From a virus, in the IMG/VR virus record IMGVR_UViG_3300034069_000341, positions 1 to 64,000 of that record: a stretch of DNA of 64,000 bases. The stretch is one strand, 5' to 3'. The position numbers and the translations under genes are program-made. The notes beneath the pieces were generated by a model. That model was not told the DNA's origin and ran no database searches. It saw only the letters and a program-made list of their open reading frames with translations. This document shows positions 28,068 to 36,603 of the stretch, one piece after another. Position 1 is the first letter of the stretch, and each line of letters starts with the position of its first letter.

Positions 28068-29023
28068 TGGGTGTCGAGATCAACGGACGGAAGACCACGG
28101 GTCTCTACCTCGGTAAGAGGCCCGTGGAGATGCTATACGGGGGTACGCAGCCTGTCTGGCCTCCGCAGGGAGCACGACCTTCTGCGCCCCAGGGAACACT
28201 GCAACTCGACGGTCCTTTGATGTTCGACGCTGACTTCGGTAAGAACGGACTCGGCGACTACAAGAACCTTCACCCCATCAACGGTCCTGTTGGCTCAATC
28301 GAGCAGGGACTAGACGTAGGGACTTGTCTTGACCCAATTGACCAATCCCGAACGGTGTTCTGGGCAGACAATGGTCGCGGTCTCCATTCCGGAAACGGTC
28401 ACCCCCGAGCGCAGGCGGAAGGGCCGTTCTTCATCAAGCCGAAGAAGTGGGACAATACTGACTCTCGGTATGCCTGGTACACCGAGACACTGGTACCCAC
28501 CAAGTATGCCATGAAGTCGGGCGCGGAGTGGACTGGTATCGGCTCGGGGGCGCATGGAGCACCTTGGACCTTAGGTTCGGCCACAGGGCTGATGCTGACC
28601 TACGCGAACGGGAAGCACATTCTGCGAATGCACGACACCCCCTCATGGCTCGGTCCCAATGTCGAGTACCCCCTCGGCCAGTGGGTCGGGCTGCTGATCT
28701 ACACAAAGTACGAGCACGCCGTTGACGGCGGGTTCATTGAAATGGCGATCAACCGTACTAGGGACATGCGTACTGGGTGGGAGCAAGTCCCCATCGGCGG
28801 AGTCAAGCGATACTCTACCGACGTCATCAGCGACGACGAGGGCAACGGCTGGTGGAAGGACCCCTCTATCGCTCCCGCAAGCCCCCGCATTGGTCTTTAC
28901 GGATCCTATAAGGCTCGAATGTACTATGCCCACCACCGCATCGGACGCGCGCCTAAGGACGTGCTTCCCACCGGGTGGGACGGAAAGATTTCCGGCGAGA
29001 CTTTCGTAGAGGCCGCGAAGTAA
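28067..29023 (+). CDS. Tail-associated protein, possible polysaccharide lyase/lectin-fold enzyme
   Basis: 318 aa, ATGA overlap with previous gene; aromatic/Gly-rich beta-type composition; functional call is tentative. Confidence 0.35.
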   Translation: MGVEINGRKTTGLYLGKRPVEMLYGGTQPVWPPQGARPSAPQGTLQLDGPLMFDADFGKNGLGDYKNLHPINGPVGSIEQGLDVGTCLDPIDQSRTVFWADNGRGLHSGNGHPRAQAEGPFFIKPKKWDNTDSRYAWYTETLVPTKYAMKSGAEWTGIGSGAHGAPWTLGSATGLMLTYANGKHILRMHDTPSWLGPNVEYPLGQWVGLLIYTKYEHAVDGGFIEMAINRTRDMRTGWEQVPIGGVKRYSTDVISDDEGNGWWKDPSIAPASPRIGLYGSYKARMYYAHHRIGRAPKDVLPTGWDGKISGETFVEAAK

Positions 29024-29029
29024 ATCCCC

Positions 29030-29082
29030 ATATCACAAAGCGCCTCACTAAGCCAAATGCTTAGTGAGGCGCTTTGTGATAT
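29030..29082. terminator. 24-bp perfect inverted repeat (terminator hairpin whose right arm contains the next promoter)
   Basis: ATATCACAAAGCGCCTCACTAAGC-CAAAT-GCTTAGTGAGGCGCTTTGTGATAT. Confidence 0.8.
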
Positions 29083-29086
29083 AATA
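29075..29086 (+). promoter_or_regulatory. Extended -10 promoter TGTGATATAATA
   Basis: Late-type motif before lysis cassette. Confidence 0.55.
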
Positions 29087-29124
29087 GGTGAGACCGAATA
29101 TTGTCTTATCAGGAGGCTTACATA

Positions 29125-29271
29125 ATGGCTGAACTCACGTATGAGCAGATGCAGCAGAAGGTCAATGTCCTGGTTACTCAGAACGCTCAGTTGCAGAGTG
29201 CTATTCTTGACTACCAGATTATCGACGCGGCGCGGGAGACTGAGGCCCAGGGTAGTACGGATGACGCATGA
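29125..29271 (+). CDS. Hypothetical 48-aa coiled-coil protein
   Basis: AGGAGG RBS 29111-29116, ATG 29125; MAELTYEQMQQKVNVLVTQNAQLQ...; ATGA overlap with next gene. Confidence 0.5.
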   Translation: MAELTYEQMQQKVNVLVTQNAQLQSAILDYQIIDAARETEAQGSTDDA

Positions 29272-29762
29272 GACTCTTCACCCCTCTTCACGATCCCCCT
29301 GATTTACGGGATCGACTCCTAGGGTATGGGAGTGAGATACTGGTTTCCGTATGGACCCTTCTCAGCGGTGTCATGTTCGTCCTAGACCCGTTTGTCACCC
29401 CGGATCTGTTCTCACAGACCTTCGGAGTGTTCGCCCCCGAGGTTCTGATCTTCGTCGGGGTACTTGCTCTCGTAGGAAGTATCATGGTCCTGTATGGGCT
29501 ATTGGCAGAAAAGCACCCCCTATCCCGTCGATGGAAGGCTGAGAAGGCTGGGTGGTGGCTCATTGGGGCGACCTGGCTCTCGTACGCCGTCATTGTAGTT
29601 TCGGTGTACCCGTTGTCATTCATTTCATGGGGTCTTGCTTTTATCCTTGTTCTCGCGTCGATTCGGAGACTCATTCTCCTGCATGTGATTGAACGTAACC
29701 TCCGAAACACTAAGCGCCGCATTAATACAGCAGAAATGGCCCTTATCAGTAAGGAGACGTAA
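29268..29762 (+). CDS. Membrane protein (about 4 TM segments), holin candidate
   Basis: 164 aa with four long hydrophobic stretches; in lysis cassette. Confidence 0.5.
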   Translation: MRLFTPLHDPPDLRDRLLGYGSEILVSVWTLLSGVMFVLDPFVTPDLFSQTFGVFAPEVLIFVGVLALVGSIMVLYGLLAEKHPLSRRWKAEKAGWWLIGATWLSYAVIVVSVYPLSFISWGLAFILVLASIRRLILLHVIERNLRNTKRRINTAEMALISKET

Positions 29763-29763
29763 T

Positions 29764-30153
29764 TTGGACCCCGCACTGGCGTCAGTTATTGTTGGCCTGG
29801 TTGGGGTGGGGGGTCTGGGAGGCCTTTACAAGTCGCTCTTTGGCGGCAAGAATGATGAGAAGATCACGGACAAGGAAGCTGATGAGGGTCTTATCGACCC
29901 TGCCTACGCTTTTATTGTGGAGCAGGTAGCCGAAATTAGAGCCGACCTTGACGAGGAGCGCGACTCCCACAGGGAGACTAAAGAGAAGGTTGAAGCGTTA
30001 GCCGCTAAGAATGCGGCTTATGAAAAGAACATATTGAGGCTTCAATGGAGCCTGCATTCTTTTATCGCCTGGGCGCATGATCTTGAACTCAACTGGGAGT
30101 TTCACCGCGCGCGAGAAGACCCCCCTACCCCTCCCGACATTCAGGCAGACTAA
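29764..30153 (+). CDS. N-terminally anchored coiled-coil protein (lysis accessory candidate)
   Basis: TTG start 2 nt after previous stop (LDPALASVIVGLVGVGGLGGLY...), then charged helical region; the track's longer ORF overlaps the previous gene. Confidence 0.4.
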   Translation: MDPALASVIVGLVGVGGLGGLYKSLFGGKNDEKITDKEADEGLIDPAYAFIVEQVAEIRADLDEERDSHRETKEKVEALAAKNAAYEKNILRLQWSLHSFIAWAHDLELNWEFHRAREDPPTPPDIQAD

Positions 30154-30202
30154 TATATTAAGGAAGGCTTATGGCCTATTGAACGAATCCGGCGACAAAA
30201 AA

Positions 30203-30238
30203 GCCCCGACCGCCAAGTATTACTTGGTGGTCGGGGGC
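30203..30238. terminator. Strong hairpin, terminator for the antisense HNH gene
   Basis: GCCCCGACCGCCAAGTA / TACTTGGTGGTCGGGGGC; A6 on + strand gives T6 after the hairpin on - strand. Confidence 0.75.
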
Positions 30239-30243
30239 GAGGG

Positions 30244-30867
30244 TCAGGTGGCAACGGGCTCACGGTATTCAGGGTCCCGATACGGATGATACTTCGATTC
30301 TCCGGCCTTACGCGCGGCGATAGCGTCGTCCAGGTTGGCGAAGTAACCTAGGTGGGCGGTGGTCCCCCCGACCGTAATCTGTGCTTTCCACTTTTCGTAT
30401 CGCTTTTCCCAGTAGACGCCGATATGCCCGGAGGTGTTATTGGCTTGAAGATTCGGTCGGTTTTGCTGATTTCCTGCATGGCTCACCTGGCGCAGGTGAG
30501 CCGGGTTGCAGCACGCCTTCGAGATGCAAGCAATGTGGTCGACCTGGAGGCCTTCCACTAGCGGCCCAACAAAAACCGAGAATACCAGGCGGTGGACATA
30601 CCACATCTTTCCTTGGAAGCTCACCACACCATACTCTTTCCAGTTGAGCGCTCGCGTCCAAATCCAGCAGCCGCTATCGGGATCGACTTCGACCTGCTCG
30701 ATGATCCATCTCCCCATCTCTTCGGCGCTCATATTTCGCTTCCTAATGGGGCGTAAGGGCTGTAGGGCGCGCCCCTTCCACTGCTGTTCGTAGTGACCTT
30801 TACACAGCCCCTTGGCATATAGGACGCGATCGCACTGAGGTCCAACGCAGGATTTCTTCTCACCCAT
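30244..30867 (-). CDS. HNH (HNH_3-type) homing endonuclease with AP2-like DNA-binding domain
   Basis: 207 aa; VDHIACISKACCNPAHLRQVSHAGN; C-end GVYWEKRYEKWKAQITVGGTTAHLGYFANLDDAIAARK; only - strand gene in the + arm. Confidence 0.8.
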   Translation of the reverse strand: MGEKKSCVGPQCDRVLYAKGLCKGHYEQQWKGRALQPLRPIRKRNMSAEEMGRWIIEQVEVDPDSGCWIWTRALNWKEYGVVSFQGKMWYVHRLVFSVFVGPLVEGLQVDHIACISKACCNPAHLRQVSHAGNQQNRPNLQANNTSGHIGVYWEKRYEKWKAQITVGGTTAHLGYFANLDDAIAARKAGESKYHPYRDPEYREPVAT

Positions 30868-30963
30868 ATTTTCCTTCTTCCTTTAGGAGGTTACGCAAAC
30901 TATTTGTTCTTATCACCTATTGTACCACCATTACCTGAACGTTACCTGAAAGAAAGGAAGCTT

Positions 30964-32430
30964 ATGACTAAATACTGCACTACAGACGCTCAGGCTACTG
31001 CCGAAATTGAAGAGTTCATCGCAACCTCTGCGGGCATGTCGCTCTTGGGGAAGTGGGGAGCACAGTGCGTCCTGCTGCCCCAGCATTATGCGAAGATCCT
31101 CCTTGGAAAGTCGCCTTATGACACGCTTGGCTACGGCCACGCAAACGCCCTGCTAGCTGGGGCGTCTAACGATTACTTCGATAAGACCTTCAATGATCCG
31201 TCTAAACCCGATCTCCTGCCACGTAGGGGCGATATAATCGTCTGGCGCGGTAAGCCTCTGTGGGACGGCGGGGTCTACGGGCATATCGCCGTCGTGACCT
31301 CTGTCGGCAAGACTACTGTGACGGTTCAACAGCTCGACGGGGCAGCAGCTCCCACGCGGGTTTACCCGGATGGATACGCGTACTCCGTGAAGCCGGTTCA
31401 CACCGCGACGTTCGCCTACGTCGGCTCTGCTACGGTCGGCGATGTGCTCGGATGGATGCGTCCGAAGTGGCAGAAGGTGGTCTACACGGGAGCCGACAAG
31501 CGAGGCTATGGCACTGCTCCTGCCAAGAAGGCTCCTGCCAAGAAGGCCGCAGCATCGACTGCTCAGTCTTCTGCCTACACCCTCGACCACAATCCGTCCA
31601 GCAACTACTACACGCCCACCGAGTCCCTGACCGTGTACAAGCAACCTCGCAAGGTACTCGGTGTGACCATCCATTGGTGGAACGATCCTAAGAACGCCGG
31701 TACGCATGACGGAACCGCGGCCTACCTGGCCCGTAAGGGCGGGGACACGTCGGCGCATTACGTCGTCTCTCCGGGGCGCGTTACCCGTCTGGTGGACGAC
31801 AAGAACGCCGCGTGGCACGCGGGTAATGCAACCGGCAACGCTACCACGATTGGAATTGAGTGCAACCCTCACGACGTTGAGGGGACCCTGCCCACGGTGG
31901 CCGCGCTGATCCGTGATCTTGAGAAGAAGCACGGTGATCTGAAGGTCTACCGGCATCGTGATTGGCGATCTACTACTTGTCCCGGTGCCTATTCCAACCA
32001 GATTGACAAGTTGGTCAACCTGGTAAATTCCGCGCCGTCCAGTAAAGCAACGAGCGCTAAGACAGAAACACTAGAGGAGTATATCATGAATAACGAAGCG
32101 AAGATCCGCCAGATCATCCGTGAGGAAATCTCTGGCACTATTAACCATTTGACTGCCGGGGTTGATGACCGTGGCAAGAAGGTCATGGCCCGTACCGCAG
32201 TAGCAGCCGGTAACGGCGTTCGGGACATTGTGATCCCGGCCAAGGGTGATGCCAAGGGCAAGATGACCCTGGGGGAGCACCTGGCCTGGTCTCGGGATCA
32301 CCGAGCGAAGGAGATTGCTAACCGCGCAGAGGTCGATGAGAAGTTGGCCTCGCTGGCTAAGGGCATCAACGCAGCCCTGGATCTACTGGACGAGCACAAG
32401 GCAGAGCACGACAAGACGGAGGAGAACTGA
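30964..32430 (+). CDS. Endolysin: CHAP peptidase + N-acetylmuramoyl-L-alanine amidase (amidase_2/PGRP) + C-terminal extension
   Basis: GAAAGGAAG RBS, ATG 30964; GAQCVLLPQHY...YGHIAVV (Cys/His); AKKAPAKKAAA linker; SAHYVV...AWHAG...IGIECN...HRDW..TTCPG. Confidence 0.85.
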   Translation: MTKYCTTDAQATAEIEEFIATSAGMSLLGKWGAQCVLLPQHYAKILLGKSPYDTLGYGHANALLAGASNDYFDKTFNDPSKPDLLPRRGDIIVWRGKPLWDGGVYGHIAVVTSVGKTTVTVQQLDGAAAPTRVYPDGYAYSVKPVHTATFAYVGSATVGDVLGWMRPKWQKVVYTGADKRGYGTAPAKKAPAKKAAASTAQSSAYTLDHNPSSNYYTPTESLTVYKQPRKVLGVTIHWWNDPKNAGTHDGTAAYLARKGGDTSAHYVVSPGRVTRLVDDKNAAWHAGNATGNATTIGIECNPHDVEGTLPTVAALIRDLEKKHGDLKVYRHRDWRSTTCPGAYSNQIDKLVNLVNSAPSSKATSAKTETLEEYIMNNEAKIRQIIREEISGTINHLTAGVDDRGKKVMARTAVAAGNGVRDIVIPAKGDAKGKMTLGEHLAWSRDHRAKEIANRAEVDEKLASLAKGINAALDLLDEHKAEHDKTEEN

Positions 32431-32431
32431 C

Positions 32432-32911
32432 ATGGCACAGGCTGGAATTCCTAATGAGGCGCGCCCGGAGGCGGTGTCCCCGAAGGTCAAGGCGGTTGGT
32501 TGGTCGGGATTCGCACTGACGGCGGCCCTGGTGGTCGTGGTGGCTTTCCTCTCGGCGATCCCGAGTGCGGCGTTCGCCGGTCTCGGAATCTGGGCTGTCC
32601 CGGCGAGCACCGCCGTGGCTTCCCTGGTGAACTTTCTCTCTGGCTATCTGAAGGCGGACCCGGCGCGTGAGCCTACGGTGATCCAGGAGACCGCTATCGC
32701 GGCTCCTGTGGACCCCGAGGCCGAGGCTACCGTGGCCGTACCGGACGTTGACTCGGATTCCGAGTCGGAGACCAGTGACGGTATCAGCGGAGTATGGTAT
32801 ACCCCTGACGCTGACTCGGAGACCGCTGGAGGTTCCACGGTCGCTGAGGTTGACGAGTTCGCCCGGCTGAACCAGAGTACCGGGAATACCCCTAAGCATA
32901 GGGCTGATTGA
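32432..32911 (+). CDS. Holin-like membrane protein (2 TM, acidic tail)
   Basis: ATG 32432 just after lysin stop; WSGFALTAALVVVVAFLSAIP and GLGIWAVPASTAVASLVNFL hydrophobic spans. Confidence 0.5.
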   Translation: MAQAGIPNEARPEAVSPKVKAVGWSGFALTAALVVVVAFLSAIPSAAFAGLGIWAVPASTAVASLVNFLSGYLKADPAREPTVIQETAIAAPVDPEAEATVAVPDVDSDSESETSDGISGVWYTPDADSETAGGSTVAEVDEFARLNQSTGNTPKHRAD

Positions 32912-32923
32912 TAACTGCATATG

Positions 32924-32967
32924 AAAAAGCGCCCCACCTACTCGAACTGAGTAGGTGGGGCGCTTTT
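32924..32967. terminator. Bidirectional intrinsic terminator at the convergence of + and - blocks
   Basis: A5-GCGCCCCACCTACTC-GAACT-GAGTAGGTGGGGCGC-T4. Confidence 0.85.
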
Positions 32968-33105
32968 CTATGATGCTGCGATGACTGCGATGCTCACCAG
33001 TGCAAGCACCGCACCAGCAAACGTCACGGCCTCAATGCCGAGGATAGCCCCTCCGAAGAGAAGCGGGATGCTGACAAAGTAAGCCGCTGAGCCGAAGTCC
33101 CGCAT
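32968..33105 (-). CDS. Small membrane protein (45 aa)
   Basis: Start moved to ATG 33105 (MRDFGSAAYFVSIPLLFGG...), 4 nt after previous stop, GAAGAGG RBS. Confidence 0.4.
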   Translation of the reverse strand: MRDFGSAAYFVSIPLLFGGAILGIEAVTFAGAVLALVSIAVIAAS

Positions 33106-33109
33106 GGCG

Positions 33110-33463
33110 TCACGCCTCTTCATCAAACTCTTCCCCGTACCAGTACACCTCTTCACCGTTCAGGTCAACGTCGTCCAGCAGCGCGCCGGTGAAGTCAACC
33201 TGGTCCAGTCCCTCACAGTCGGTGAACTCGACCCCCTGAAGGGTACTCGCCGAGAAGTCGGCCTTGTCGAAGTCACACCGGATGAAGATGACTCCTCGCA
33301 GCGTTGCTCCGTGGAAGTCGGACTCCCGGAGGTCACAGTCAATGAACCGGTCGCCCGACAGGTCTGAGCCGGAGAGATTCATCTCACGCAAATCCTCATG
33401 GTCGCACTCGACCACATAGCCGTCGTCCACCTTGGAATACACGTCGTAGATAGCACTGCTCAT
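33110..33463 (-). CDS. Pentapeptide-repeat protein
   Basis: 117 aa; consecutive A(D/N)LxX-type quintets: LSGSD LSGDR FIDCD LRESD FHGAT LRGVI FIRCD FDKAD FSAST LQGVE FTDCE; acidic tail. Confidence 0.8.
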   Translation of the reverse strand: MSSAIYDVYSKVDDGYVVECDHEDLREMNLSGSDLSGDRFIDCDLRESDFHGATLRGVIFIRCDFDKADFSASTLQGVEFTDCEGLDQVDFTGALLDDVDLNGEEVYWYGEEFDEEA

Positions 33464-33675
33464 GCCGGGATTTCCTTGATCTTGTCCGGTCGGAAGCCAG
33501 TCCAGACCTCGCCGTTTGCGACAACGATGGGCAGCGACAGATACCCCTGCTCGCGGAAGCTATCCGCAGTCTCTTCGTCAGTCTCAATCTCCATGTACTC
33601 CAGGTCACGCTTCTTCAGCGCCGCCTTAGTGCGGGTGCACTGTACGCAGTTGTCTCGTGTGTAAACAGTAATCAT
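33460..33675 (-). CDS. nrdH: NrdH-type glutaredoxin-like protein
   Basis: 71 aa; MITVYTRDNCVQC redox motif; next to RNR genes. Confidence 0.8.
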   Translation of the reverse strand: MITVYTRDNCVQCTRTKAALKKRDLEYMEIETDEETADSFREQGYLSLPIVVANGEVWTGFRPDKIKEIPA

Positions 33676-34052
33676 GCAGTCTCCTTAAGTGAGTCGTAAA
33701 AGACACTCACCGCGCCCATTGCGAGGTGAATTGTCTCGTCTGTAGAGTATAGCACAGCCTTACCGGCCATTGCACGCAGGGACGCGCCCGAGTGAATCGC
33801 CGGGGCGTGGAGGAACGTGTACGCCGTGTTGGCATACAGGCCACTCTCCGAGAGGTCATTCAGATAGTACATCGCCTTGTCAAGGTCCTCTTGCCAGCCA
33901 CCCTTTGACCCAGCGCGATAGATGTACTTGAATGCGTTCCCCTGGGAGAATCCCAGCAGCCTCGAATAGTCAATGCACTCAGCCGTGAAACCCTCGGGGA
34001 ACACCGAGTAATGCGGCGGGTGGTTCACCATATCAGCCATTGACAGATGCAC
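33672..34052 (-). CDS. DUF3310-like protein
   Basis: 126 aa; HPPHY...ECIDY...GNAFKYIYRAG.KG...DL.KA.YYL pattern recalled for that family. Confidence 0.5.
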   Translation of the reverse strand: MHLSMADMVNHPPHYSVFPEGFTAECIDYSRLLGFSQGNAFKYIYRAGSKGGWQEDLDKAMYYLNDLSESGLYANTAYTFLHAPAIHSGASLRAMAGKAVLYSTDETIHLAMGAVSVFYDSLKETA

Positions 34053-34566
34053 CTCGCAGAGTAAGGATCAAGTATTCGAGAGAGGGACCCGTGTCAACGC
34101 CCTGTAGGTAGTTGACTAGGGCCTCGATGTGCCCATTGCGATACGCCCGGTAGGACTCATCCTCACCCTCCCAGAGTCGGTGATCCAGGTACAAGCGTTC
34201 CGCCGCCGCGAGTCCCTTACGCACCGAGTGTGGGTCCCAGTTGTCGAAGGCGAGCACGTTGAGCACATCGTCAATATCCGACGTGCCTCCTGAGGGTCGC
34301 TTCTCTGCCTGGTTCTCCGCACTGGTCACGGCGAGCAGATGCTCGGGTCTGACGCAGCTGCGGTTGTGGCAGGTGTGGTGGACGATCTGATCCGTAGCGT
34401 CCCCGACAAGCATCTCGTAGACGAGTCGGTGGGCCTTGTGGTTCTTGCCACCATACCATGCGCGACCGTAGCCGTCTGCTGTTCGTGCCTGAGTCCACTG
34501 CCAGCAGCCGTTATTAGCCACATAGACTCGGGCACTGAGCCAGTTCTCAAAGGGTGTAGTAGTCAT
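34033..34566 (-). CDS. HNH (HNH_3-type) homing endonuclease
   Basis: 177 aa; CWQW...GYGR...HRLVYE...VHHTCHNRSCVRPEHLLAVTSAEN. Confidence 0.75.
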   Translation of the reverse strand: MTTTPFENWLSARVYVANNGCWQWTQARTADGYGRAWYGGKNHKAHRLVYEMLVGDATDQIVHHTCHNRSCVRPEHLLAVTSAENQAEKRPSGGTSDIDDVLNVLAFDNWDPHSVRKGLAAAERLYLDHRLWEGEDESYRAYRNGHIEALVNYLQGVDTGPSLEYLILTLRGASVNG

Positions 34567-34605
34567 CGGTTCTCCTCCGTTTCGTCAATCCAGTCAATGA
34601 CCATA

Positions 34606-35827
<1,222 letters not shown>

Positions 35828-35856
35828 ATCAGTTCTCCTTTGTTCGTCAACGGGAA

Positions 35857-35910
35857 AGCCCCGCTTGCTGTGTGACTACACTGTAGCACATAGCAAGCGG
35901 GGCTTGTCAA
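35857..35910 (-). promoter_or_regulatory. Promoter-in-hairpin cassette (TTGACA-19-TGC-TACAGT inside 13-bp inverted repeat)
   Basis: Arms AGCCCCGCTTGCT 35857-35869 / 35892-35904; -10 at 35880-35885 in the loop; preceded by TTGTGACTTGACCAC. Confidence 0.55.
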
Positions 35911-35925
35911 CATCCGGTGGTCAAG

Positions 35926-36522
35926 TCACAATACCGTCCGCGCTGCTCGTGCCTCGCAGAGCGCCACGAAGGCGAGCAGCTCCGGGCGGGCTTCCTCGAT
36001 ATCCTCGGGCGGTGTCTCCACCCACTCGTCAGACTCGGCCAGGGCGCGCAGCTCCGGGATTGACCCTGACCAGCACCCCACCCGGACACGCCAGGAGCCG
36101 TCCCCCTGACGAAACGCTGTCACGCGGAGAGCTCGGGTGGTGTATATCACCCCGGTGAGGAAATGGGCGCTACCGTCGATCTGGGCGCTACCGTCGATCT
36201 GGGCAACGCCGGAGACCCTGGCGTTGCCGTAAACCCAGGCGCTGCCGGAAACCCAGGAGTCCCCGAAGATCCGGGCGTCGCCGTAAATCCAGGCGTCGCC
36301 AGAGGCGTGTGCTTCGCCGCCGATCCAGGAGCCACCGAAGATCCAGGCATCGCCGTAAATCCAGGCGTCTCCGTCCTGCGAGAGGTTGCTCTCAGACTCG
36401 ACCCACCCACCGAGGTCACCTGCCTGCACTCCGTGTCGCGGAATGTCCCGCAGGGCACGGATTCGGCGCAGGGTGCGACCGTACGGTTGGAAGGTCTCAT
36501 CTGTCAGTTCGTACTTGCTCAT
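35926..36522 (-). CDS. Hexapeptide-repeat (beta-helix-like) protein
   Basis: 198 aa; 12 consecutive hexads GDAWIY GDAWIF GGSWIG GEAHAS GDAWIY GDARIF GDSWVS GSAWVY GNARVS GVAQID GSAQID GSAHFL. Confidence 0.7.
   Translation of the reverse strand: MSKYELTDETFQPYGRTLRRIRALRDIPRHGVQAGDLGGWVESESNLSQDGDAWIYGDAWIFGGSWIGGEAHASGDAWIYGDARIFGDSWVSGSAWVYGNARVSGVAQIDGSAQIDGSAHFLTGVIYTTRALRVTAFRQGDGSWRVRVGCWSGSIPELRALAESDEWVETPPEDIEEARPELLAFVALCEARAARTVL
36160..36380. repeat. 18-nt periodic DNA repeats encoding the hexapeptide array
   Basis: e.g. GGGCGCTACCGTCGATCT x2 exact at 36163-36198, then diverged units. Confidence 0.8.
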
Positions 36523-36550
36523 ACTGTTCTCCTTTGCTCGTATACGGGGA

Positions 36551-36602
36551 AGCCCCCTGTCGTGTGCCCGTATAGTAGCACACGACAGGGGGCTGTGGTC
36601 AA
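36551..36602 (-). promoter_or_regulatory. Promoter-in-hairpin cassette (TTGACC-19-TGC-TACTAT inside 17-bp inverted repeat)
   Basis: Arms AGCCCCCTGTCGTGTGC 36551-36567 / 36578-36594; -10 36572-36577 in loop; -35 36597-36602; preceded by TTGTGACTTGACCAC overlapping nrdE stop. Confidence 0.55.
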
Positions 36603-36603
36603 G

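Noticed and set aside
33104-33367. 87-aa + strand ORF mirroring the pentapeptide-repeat gene
   Set aside because: It is an antisense artefact of the repeat periodicity. The - strand ORF has translational coupling to nrdH and a coherent pentapeptide register.
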